Notes under the pieces: model-generated
What the model saw: only the letters and a program-made list of their open reading frames with translations
Databases searched by the model: none
Told to the model about the DNA's origin: nothing
In this document: piece by piece, positions 1-8,714 of the stretch
Layout: every line of letters begins with the position of its first letter
Numbering within the stretch: the stretch's first letter is position 1
Assembly (NCBI GenBank): GCA_964270895.1
Contig: OZ185437.1
Length of the DNA: 64,000 nt
Reading direction: 5' to 3' (one strand)
Origin: Podarcis filfolensis
Lineage: Eukaryota
Position numbers and translations under genes: made by a program

Positions 1-20
1 TCCTTCCTTCCTTTGTTTCT

Positions 21-58
<38 letters not shown>
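1..58. repeat. (TTCC)/(TTTC)n microsatellite
   Basis: Direct reading. Confidence 0.95.
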
Positions 59-59
<1 letters not shown>

Positions 60-236
60 AGCCAGGTTACATCCCCACAGCAATGGTAGCCTAACTTGAT
101 AATGGCTGGATATTCTTATAATACTTAGATTAATACAAAAAGATCTGGAACTAATGAACAATGGTAAATTGGTAAATCTGGTGGTAAGGAGAATGTGTAG
201 TGACTGGGACAAGTAATTTATTAATATTTGCACTGT

Positions 237-294
237 TGATTCAGTATAAAAGCTGTATGCAGTTGTGATTCAGTATAAAAGCTGTATGCAGTTG
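237..294. repeat. Perfect 29-bp tandem duplication
   Basis: TGATTCAGTATAAAAGCTGTATGCAGTTG x2. Confidence 0.95.
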
Positions 295-410
295 TGTTCT
301 ACTATGTTTAATGGCAGCAGAAGATATGTACCAGGCAAGCAGCCAGATGTGAGCTGTTTGATTTCTTCCACCTTTTATATTTTCCCCATGAGCTGCAAGA
401 GGCACAGGAT

Positions 411-565
411 CATAGAAGCATAGAATTATAGAGTTGGAAGGGACCCTTAGGATCATCCAGTCTCAACCTCCTGCAATGCAGAAATATACAGTGTTCCATA
501 CGGGCATCGAACCTGCAACCTTGGCATTATCAGCACCATGCTCTAACCAACTGAGCTATCCAGGC
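411..565 (-). mobile_element. SINE with tRNA-Ile-like head and CR1-type tail (Squam2-like)
   Basis: TAGCTCAGTTGGTTAGAGCATGGTGCTGATAATGCCAAGGTTGCAGGTTCGAT joined to GGTCCCTTCCAACTCTATAATTCTATG. Confidence 0.82.
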
Positions 566-1429
566 ACAATAAATAATTGGATATAGAACCAGTCCAGGCA
601 TAAGGATGTAGAGCCACTCTTGTGCCTGTTGGCAATGTGGACTTCTAGGCTGAATCAGCCTCTATGGACCACTTGTGGGCATCAGATATTTACAATATTG
701 TATCCCTTTCCATTGCTGAGGAGAGTTATGATATCCAGCAGCTGGGTTCTACCTCGGCAAGCCTATCTCCATCAGGCTGTGGGCAGAAAGTACCTTAAAC
801 CTTCTGTATTCAAAGAGTTAATTTCAATAGGTAGGTGGAAAGTGAATACTAAAGGGAAAAACAACATTTGTTCAGTCAAAAGGCCCAGCACAGAAAGAAA
901 GTGTAACTGTTGTGGGCCTCTTGGTCTAGCCAGGGAAGAATCATTTAGCATATACAGAGATCAAAAGGGAAAGAATTCACAAGGTGGAGATATGATCAAA
1001 AGCATCGCAAAAGAATGATAATTGATTTTGAAACCACAGTTCTTGTTTCAAACTTGAAGCTGGTTTTGATTGTCACCTTTTGCAATGAACTTTGGCATGT
1101 AGAACTAGAAAGGTGCTTTGCTTGCAGGAAGCGAGGCAAATATTGTTTGTGATACATATATTATATACCACGGATAATCATCACGCTCTGCATTCTGTCT
1201 GAATAAACAAAAAGTATGTCCCAGATCTGCAGAAAAAATATGTAGTGAGAAAGTCTTGGCCCACACACCCTTAAAGAAGACTTGAGAGACACAGCACTGG
1301 AAATAAATGATTGTATTTATTAATATAACAAACAGAAGATATGCAAACCCTTCAGCAAAATTCAGGAAAGTGAAATCGGATCAGTCTGGTAGGGACACAT
1401 CCCTGTAATGTCCTGGCTATGCTTAAAAC

Positions 1430-1565
1430 CAGGCATAGGCAAACTTGGCCCTCTAGATGTTTTGGGACTACAACTCCCATGATTCCTAGCTAACAGGACC
1501 AGTGGTCAGGGATGATGGGAATTGTAGTCCCAAAACATCTGGAGGGCTGGGTTTGCCTATGCCTG
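1430..1565. mobile_element. hAT-type palindromic MITE
   Basis: 15-bp TIR CAGGCATAGGCAAAC/GTTTGCCTATGCCTG, 8-bp TSD CTTAAAAC. Confidence 0.92.
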
Positions 1566-4148
1566 CTTAAAACAGCAGTCCTGGCTCCAAAACAAAGGAG
1601 AGTGAAAAAAAGAATCCATTTGCGCTAAGGGAGCTTTGAGTATGTGTACCTAACATGTGCACCCCAGCCCCACGGTTCAGCATTCAGCAAAATGCACACG
1701 CCATACATAACAAGAGCACCTGCCAAGTCATAGGCAATGGCAGGTATTGGCAGAGTGCCCTTAGCACTTGACATTCTAGACAGAAAGATCTGTGGTGCTA
1801 GAGGGAGCCATGTGCTGGCATGCCAGGTTAGTTGCATTTTCACCCACATGTTTATTGGTCTTTGGTGAGTGTATGGGGCAGACCCCAGTGTTGTCAGGAT
1901 GCTGTCAGTGGCTCCCGGTTGGTTGCCCAGGAAATTATAAAGACAAGGAAAAGTTTCTTAAGTCCTTTTTTATTTCAGTCTTTACAGAGAGAGGCTACAG
2001 AACCCAGACTTTTGGAAAATGGCATTGTCCTGAGTGAATTTCTCCCACTTCCTCATTCATCATACCACTTTCTCTATGGGTGCTGCTAGGTGCCCTCTGT
2101 CTTTTAGCTCTTTGCTCTCCTACTTTTAAGGCACGTCGGGTTCTGGGAGATGGAGGGTCTGGAATGCTTTCTAATGACAACGTGTCAGCCAGGTGTTGCT
2201 CTGGCTCTCCCATGATTTCCCAACTTTCCCCCTCATCTGCCTCTGAGTTATGACCTCCCTCCAAGCCCTGTTGTAATTCTGAACTGTCTTCCTTCACCCG
2301 GGAAGGGTCAGGATAGGAAGGCGGTCTCCACCATTCCTCCTCTGCCCAGTCCCTGACAAGTGTATGTAAACGTGCTGCACTGAGTTTTTATTATGCTAAT
2401 AATTTTCATCATTGTATAAGGCTTGCATTGAATGAGGTTCTTATAAGCATGTTTTATATATAATGTAGAGTTTCTTTTCAGTCTGAACAGAAGATTCATG
2501 AAACACACATCCAGAAATCCAGATATCTCATTGTCAGAGTTCCATTGGGACCACACCAGAGAATTTCACTCATGGACTTATTTCAGAAATATTTGGACAG
2601 CTTGGCTTTGAGATAATGAATTGAGGAAGTCATCATTGTGGCATTGTATATATTGTTTAATATTTCATGTAACAAAAAGTGTTGAAATTCTGTACATTAT
2701 AGTTAATGAGTTTTAGTAAACTATATTCAGAGTTGTTGAGTTTGTGGTTTATCTCTCTGTATTCCTTAGGAGTGAGTTACTGAGACAGGCCCTGTTTTCC
2801 AGGGACACTCCTGGATTTACAGAAGCCATCCCGGTTTTTTATTTGATCCCGGAATGTTCCGCTTTCCCTTAAGACATCCATATTTTTGGAGGGTATGGAG
2901 TTATGTGACCTTGCAAGCCAAGGAGAAAAGTAACTGTACAACTTTTAGAAGACAACTGGAGGCAGCCCTGTATAGTGAAGGGTTTTTTTTTAAAAAAAGT
3001 TTAATGTTTTATTATGTTTTTATATATGTCGCAAGCCACCCAGAGTGGGTGGGGCAGCCCAGTCAGATGGGTGGGGTATAAATAATAAAATTGTTGTTGT
3101 TGTTGTTGTTAAGGATGTCCCTTTTTCATCTGAGAAATGTTGAAGGGTATGCTGGAATAGCTCTTCCTCACACCTAAAAATGTAAGTCTCCTCCTAGAAC
3201 TGCTATGCAGTACAGATCTTCATTTTGCTTACATAACCTGAGAAATTCATTCTGACTAGCTTCTGCCCAAATGAATCATGCAGGTCGGGATCACATTAAC
3301 CGGTAAAATGTTTTTGTTTCTGTTTTAATCTGGAAATTTGTACCGAGATTCTAACTGTGACTGGAAGAGATAGAAAGCATACATGGCAGAAGTACTTTTT
3401 AAATTATTTTTTAAAATCCTGATTCTGAAAAGCCTTACGCATTCGACAGCCGTCTGAAAGTCTCAGCTCATATTAGCAACTTCACCTGAGGGAGCATGTG
3501 CATTTTGCTTCTGCCTGAATGATGGATGTGAATATGCTTAGCACATGTTTGTGGTGCACCTCTAGAATACATCAGGGATCACGGGCAGTTTGTCAAGCTT
3601 CCCGTCTTGTATTTAAGAGCATGGCTCCCTCTCTCACACACACATATACATTGTGTGTGTGCACTCATACATATACATGCACACATACATATCATATTGT
3701 GCCTCTGATTTATTTGCATTGCCTGAACGACATCATATTCATTAGCAGCCGCCATACTGAACTGTAGTCTCTCCTCTGGGATAGGTGTGAAATCATCTAC
3801 AGTGTGCTGAAATAGGAACAGTTGGAAACAGCTGTTCTAGCGATCTGAAGTGGCTATAGCTCCGATCCATTATAGGAGAAAGGAAAATAATAGCAACATG
3901 AACTGCTTTGATACGTCAGTTGTTTGTGCTTGTTGGTCACAGTGCTTCATTCTATGGCATATTTTAATGTGTTTACTGCACATTACTGTTTGCTCCTTCA
4001 CAGCATTTCTTAAAATAAACAAATGAAAGGAGAGCCTGTCACTTAGTGATAGCACACATCTCTCCATACAAAAGGTCTCAAGTAGAGTTTGGGGATGTGG
4101 GGCTGGGCGGAACATGCCCTCAGTCCTGGAGAGCTGCCTCCAAGTAGG

Positions 4149-4588
4149 TGTTAGAATTCCTGCTCCATGATTGCAGTCATGGGATTTTTGTCTATCACAT
4201 GATGGTGTATGTTTTGACTCCACAGAGTGGGAAGTGACGGAGACAGGATGTTTGTGTTACTGTGTTCCGTGAAGTGGGAATATTGTTCTTTTTCTCTTTG
4301 CTGTCTGATGCTAGAGAGAGAGGGAGCCATGTTGCAGTGTTCCGTGTGTGTTTATATGTAAATAAAGTAGATTAGCCAAAATGCTGAGTTGCTGAGGTCT
4401 GTTACACAAGCTGCGAAGATTCTGCGGATCCCTAAGTGTGCCAATGTCTGTTGGCATCGTCCGCTGTGATGTTCGGGCTGAAGAAAGCTCTCGAAGCCCC
4501 TGAACGATCGACCAGGAGGGAGAGAACATGCCAGTTGGGCATGTGTCTCTGCCAGGGTCCTACTTGAGTGTAGGATGAGCTCTTGACA
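4149..4588 (+). mobile_element. Solo LTR (different family), 440 bp
   Basis: TGTTAG...TGACA termini, 5-bp TSD GTAGG (4144-4148 and 4589-4593), AATAAA at 4361-4366. Confidence 0.85.
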
Positions 4589-4628
4589 GTAGGCACAGAC
4601 AACACTGAGCTGGATTGACTAATGGATT

Positions 4629-5037
4629 TGTGATGGGATGTTGAGCTGCTTGCGCGTAAAGTTCCTAATCCCTCAGTGTTTGGCTAAGTCCACAAACCAC
4701 TGTCTGTAACGGAGCGCCATAAGCATGGCTCCGTCAGTCGCTGGCAGAATCCGACAGTGGGCGTTTACGGAATTTCTTCCAGCATAACAGCTCCTTAACG
4801 GAAACACGTCTTCTGGACTCTCTACGTGACAATTTCCGGCGAGGAGTGGGTGTCCCTAATGGAGGTCCTGAAACCTCCTCGCTGTTCTCGCTGGAATTGT
4901 CTCTGAGCCAATCTTCTGACTCGCCTTCCCTTGGAGCTCTTTCTCGCCCCCTGCTGGTTCCCTCCTCCGCTGATAAGTCTCTCTCAACCTCTGGGAGCCC
5001 CTCCACCACCTGTTCTTCCGATGACAGTTCCCTGACA
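4629..5037 (-). repeat. 3' LTR of the Gypsy element
   Basis: 409-bp copy of 9712-10120, preceded on the minus strand by a polypurine tract. Confidence 0.97.
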
Positions 5038-8000
5038 TCCACCTCCCCTCCAGGGCCCCCTCCACCCCCTCCCCTCCCTTCCTCTGCTGGAGGCGAGGGA
5101 GCAAAACCCCTGAAAGAACTTCCCTCATCTTCCGAAGTCTCGAACATTTTCCTCCACCGGTTGCTGTTTTGGGTTTCTAAGTACTCATCCTCCTCGGAAT
5201 CTATTCCTTCTTCCCACTCTGACCCCGTGAATCCTTCCAATTCCTCCTCCTCGTCGGTGGTGCCAAAGTACTCTCTCCGGAACCTCGCTACTGACTGAGG
5301 TTTCCTGGGGAACCTTTGATGGAACGCTTCGATCAAGACCTCGTCATTGACTTCCTCTGCCGTCACCCAGGTGTTTTCTGAGTCCGGTTCCCCTTCCCAC
5401 GCTACCAAATACTCCACCTGATTACCCTTCCACCTGGAGTCGAGGATTTCCGCCACATGGTTGCTGCTTTCCCTCTCTTCTAAGACAGGTCCCTGTGGGA
5501 AAACATCTTCTTTTCCCCCCCTATACGGTGACAGTAATGACCTGTGGAACACTGGATGCAGTTTCATGTGGTTCGGTAACCGGAGTCTGAAAGCTACGGG
5601 GTTAACCTGTTGAATGACCTCAAATGGTCCCAATCTTTTGGGTCTTAATTTCTTGCAACCCCCCTTGAACGGCAGTCCTTGGGTGGACAGCCACACCTGA
5701 TCCCCCATCCTTATGGTTTCACCTTCCCTTCTGTTCTTGTCTGCCTGCTTCTTATATTGTTCTTTGGCCCTTTCTAAGTTGAGTTGGAGTTGACGATGGA
5801 TCGCTTCCATTTCTTCTACAAAAAGTTCTGCGGCTGGGACGCTCCATCTCTCCCCTCCTCCCCCTGGAAATGCCCTGGGGTGGCACCCATAATTAGCCAA
5901 AAAGGGGCTCATCCCGGTGGACACATTCTCCGCATTATTGTAGGCAAATTCCGCCAGCGCCAACTTTTCCACCCAATCGTTCTCTCTGTCATTGACATAA
6001 CACCTCAGATATTGTTGGAGGATACCGTTTGCTCTTTCCGCCTGCCCGTTGGTTTCTGGGTGCCGGGCAGTCGAAAAATTGACCTCCACGTGCAGTAAGC
6101 TCATGAGCTTCCTCCAGAACCTGGACGTGAATTGTTTGCCCCGGTCTGAGACCACCCTCAAGGGGGCGCCATGCAGTCTAAAAATATGTTCTACAAACAA
6201 TTTAGCTGTCTCTTCCGCCGTGACTGCATGTGAGCAAGCTACAAAGTGGCCCATCTTAGTTAACAGGTCTACTACTACCAGTATGGCGGTTTTCCCCTTG
6301 GATTTCGGCAGATCAGTCATAAAATCTATCGATACCGCCTCCCATGGCCTCTCTGGTGTGGGCAACGGTTCTAACAACCCCGCCGGTGCCCGCCTTTCTC
6401 CCTTGGCTTGCTGGCATTGGTCACACCCTCTTACATACTCCCTTACATCTTCCCTCACTCTGGGCCACCAAAATTCCCTGGTAACCAACCACATGGTTTT
6501 GTGTTGCCCAAAATGCCCTGCTGTAGGGCTGTCGTGCATCTGTTTGAGTACTCTCCCTCTCAATTCCCCTTCGGGTATATATAGTGCCCCTTTGTAATAC
6601 AATGCCCCGTTTCTTTCTTCAAAACCTCCGGAGTTTTCTCCCTCCCTCCTTAGACCTTGGAGCTTATTCTGGGCGTATTCATCATTCTGCGTCTCCTCTA
6701 CCAGTTCCCTTTGCCCCACCAACGCCGCCCCACACACCCAGCGGTCCTCTGGGATGATATGTCTCTCTTCGGGTGCTCCCTCCCCCTCCAAATACTCTGG
6801 TTTGCGTGAGAGAGCGTCCGCCCTGACGTTTTCCGGGCCTGGCACATAGCAAATTTCAAAATAAAATTTGGAGAACTCCTGTGCCCATCTCACTTGCCGT
6901 TGGTTGAGCACTTGTGCCGTTCTCCAGTACTCTAAATTCTTGTGGTCCGTGCATACTTGCACCTTGTGTTGTGCACCAATTAGTAAGTGTCTCCATTTCC
7001 GGAACGCTTCGTGAATGGCGAGTAGTTCTCGGTCATATACCGTGTAGTTCTTCTCGGATTTGTTCAACTTCCGCGAGAGAAAGGCACACGGTCTCCACTC
7101 CGACTTATCCTTCCCCGGCTGAAGAAGCACCGCCCCCACCGCCCGGTCTGATGCGTCAGTTTCCACTCTCATGGGTTTTTGTAAATCCACATGCAGGAGC
7201 TGTTCTTCCGAAGCGAAGGCCTTTTTCAATTCTTCGAATGCTTGCTCCGCTTCTGCCGTCCAAACAAATTTCTTCTTGCTGCTGAGACAGTCCGTGATGG
7301 GAGCCGTTAAATGGGCAAAGTTCTTGATGAACTTCCGATAAAAGTTCCCAAACCCTAAGAATCTTTGCACATCCTTTTTCGTTTTCGGTCTCTTCCATTC
7401 CAGTACTGCCTGGACCTTGCCTGGATCCATGGCTAACCCCTTGTCTGACAAGCGGTACCCCAGGAATTCCACCTCCTTGGTGTGAAACTGACACTTCTCT
7501 AATTTCACCCACAGTTGGTTTGCTTGCAGTCGGCTCAACACTTCTCTGACGTCCTTTACATGCTGCTCCTCATTCTCTGAATAGACTAATACGTCATCTA
7601 GGAAGGCCACACAATTCTTGTAGAGCAGAGGCCCCAGCACGTGGTTCATGAACGATTGAAAACATGCTGAGCCTGCTTGTAATCCAAAGGGCATAACGAG
7701 ATATTCGAAAGCCCCTAGGGGGGTGAACATCGTTGTCTTCCATTCATCCCCCTCCCTTATCCGTATCAGGTTGTATGCCCCCCTTAAGTCCAGTTTAGTG
7801 AAAATTTTTCCCTTCCTCACCCGGGTCAAAATGTCATCAATCCTGGGCATGGGAAAGGCCACTGGTTCCGACACTGCATTTATGCTCCGGAAGTCCACTA
7901 CAAGTCTAGGTTTATTCGTGTTTTTTTTGTCCACAAAAAACACTGGGCTGCCCCCCACCGCTCTGGACTCTCTGATGAAACCTCTCTTCAGGTTTTTGTC

Positions 8001-8714
8001 AATAAACTCCCTCAACTCCTGCATTTCCCTGTCTGACATGGTATACAGCTTGCCCACAGGGAGCTGGGCTCCAGGGACTAGATTGATCTGGCAGTCAAAG
8101 GGTCTATGCGGTGGTAGTTTGTCTGCTTCCCTTTCGCTGAAGACATTGCTCAGGTCAGCGTATTGTTTGGGCACCTTTCCTTTGTCCGTTACTTCTGTTC
8201 CTGCTAGAAAGGCCTTTCCCCCTTCTGGAGCCTTGCCCTCTTTGCAATGTTCTAGGCAATGTGCTGACCCAAAGGAGACCACTCTCTGATGCCAACCCAC
8301 TAGCGGATCATGCAACGCTAGCCAGCTCATCCCCAAAATAATGGGAGCCCCTCCCAAGGTGGCCACATGGAACGCTATTCTTTCGGTGTGCCTGGCTACC
8401 CTCATTACCATTGGGACGGTCTGTAAGCTGACTCCTCCTCCCAACAGCTCTCTCCCATCGATCGTGGTCACCTGCAAGGGGTTGCTTAAAGGGATAGTCT
8501 GTATCTGGTGTTCTGCTGCAAACTCCTTGCTCATAAAATTACAGGAGCTGCCTGAGTCCAATAGCGCCCTTATCTTTAAGGGATGTCCGTTTGGCAGCTC
8601 TAGCAACACCTCTATCACTAGGGCTGGTCTCGGAGGTTCTGGCGTGGGCACTTTTACTGCTCCTTGGCCTGACTGCTGTGCCCTGATGGTGGCAGTCAGG
8701 CGCTGGCTTTTACT
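4734..8714 (-). CDS. pol: Pol (protease, RT, RNase H, integrase, chromodomain, long acidic tail), probably made as a ~1,640-aa Gag-Pol fusion by -1 frameshift
   Basis: DSG protease (8550-8558), RT KLDLRGAY and FLDD (7593-7604), RNase H TDAS/RELLA/TDH/ADALS, integrase HHCC plus D-D35-E, GPF motif, chromodomain. The frame is open from at least 8825 and lies at -1 relative to gag. Confidence 0.96.
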   Translation of the reverse strand, partial: SKSQRLTATIRAQQSGQGAVKVPTPEPPRPALVIEVLLELPNGHPLKIRALLDSGSSCNFMSKEFAAEHQIQTIPLSNPLQVTTIDGRELLGGGVSLQTVPMVMRVARHTERIAFHVATLGGAPIILGMSWLALHDPLVGWHQRVVSFGSAHCLEHCKEGKAPEGGKAFLAGTEVTDKGKVPKQYADLSNVFSEREADKLPPHRPFDCQINLVPGAQLPVGKLYTMSDREMQELREFIDKNLKRGFIRESRAVGGSPVFFVDKKNTNKPRLVVDFRSINAVSEPVAFPMPRIDDILTRVRKGKIFTKLDLRGAYNLIRIREGDEWKTTMFTPLGAFEYLVMPFGLQAGSACFQSFMNHVLGPLLYKNCVAFLDDVLVYSENEEQHVKDVREVLSRLQANQLWVKLEKCQFHTKEVEFLGYRLSDKGLAMDPGKVQAVLEWKRPKTKKDVQRFLGFGNFYRKFIKNFAHLTAPITDCLSSKKKFVWTAEAEQAFEELKKAFASEEQLLHVDLQKPMRVETDASDRAVGAVLLQPGKDKSEWRPCAFLSRKLNKSEKNYTVYDRELLAIHEAFRKWRHLLIGAQHKVQVCTDHKNLEYWRTAQVLNQRQVRWAQEFSKFYFEICYVPGPENVRADALSRKPEYLEGEGAPEERHIIPEDRWVCGAALVGQRELVEETQNDEYAQNKLQGLRREGENSGGFEERNGALYYKGALYIPEGELRGRVLKQMHDSPTAGHFGQHKTMWLVTREFWWPRVREDVREYVRGCDQCQQAKGERRAPAGLLEPLPTPERPWEAVSIDFMTDLPKSKGKTAILVVVDLLTKMGHFVACSHAVTAEETAKLFVEHIFRLHGAPLRVVSDRGKQFTSRFWRKLMSLLHVEVNFSTARHPETNGQAERANGILQQYLRCYVNDRENDWVEKLALAEFAYNNAENVSTGMSPFLANYGCHPRAFPGGGGERWSVPAAELFVEEMEAIHRQLQLNLERAKEQYKKQADKNRREGETIRMGDQVWLSTQGLPFKGGCKKLRPKRLGPFEVIQQVNPVAFRLRLPNHMKLHPVFHRSLLSPYRGGKEDVFPQGPVLEERESSNHVAEILDSRWKGNQVEYLVAWEGEPDSENTWVTAEEVNDEVLIEAFHQRFPRKPQSVARFRREYFGTTDEEEELEGFTGSEWEEGIDSEEDEYLETQNSNRWRKMFETSEDEGSSFRGFAPSPPAEEGRGGGGGGPGGEVDVRELSSEEQVVEGLPEVERDLSAEEGTSRGRERAPREGESEDWLRDNSSENSEEVSGPPLGTPTPRRKLSRRESRRRVSVKELLCWKKFRKRPLSDSASD
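5038..5051 (-). other. Polypurine tract
   Basis: GGAGGGGAGGTGGA immediately 5' of the 3' LTR TG on the minus strand, within a longer G-rich run to ~5078. Confidence 0.9.
5307..5462 (-). other. Chromodomain at the integrase C-terminus
   Basis: NHVAEILDSRWKGNQVEYLVAWEGEPDSENTWVTAEEVNDEVLIEAFHQRFP matches the chromo pattern xVExI...YLVxW.G...ENTW. Confidence 0.9.
8646..8714 (-). promoter_or_regulatory. Gag-pol -1 ribosomal frameshift signal (slip site plus H-type pseudoknot)
   Basis: A_GTA_AAA, 6-nt spacer, 10-bp stem GCCTGACTGC/GCAGTCAGGC, loop GGGCAC pairing with downstream GTGCCC; located at the end of gag. Confidence 0.75.

Noticed and set aside
495-565. Possible tRNA-Ile gene (and tRNA-Lys-like sequences at 28250, 42127, 54170)
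   Set aside because: Acceptor stems are degenerate and each is fused to a CR1-like tail, so they are SINE heads rather than tRNA genes.
4624-4628. TSD GGATT equals part of the PBS complement (GGATT at 9705-9709)
   Set aside because: A 5-bp match; the same GGATT flanks the other end as a normal TSD, so it is treated as coincidence.
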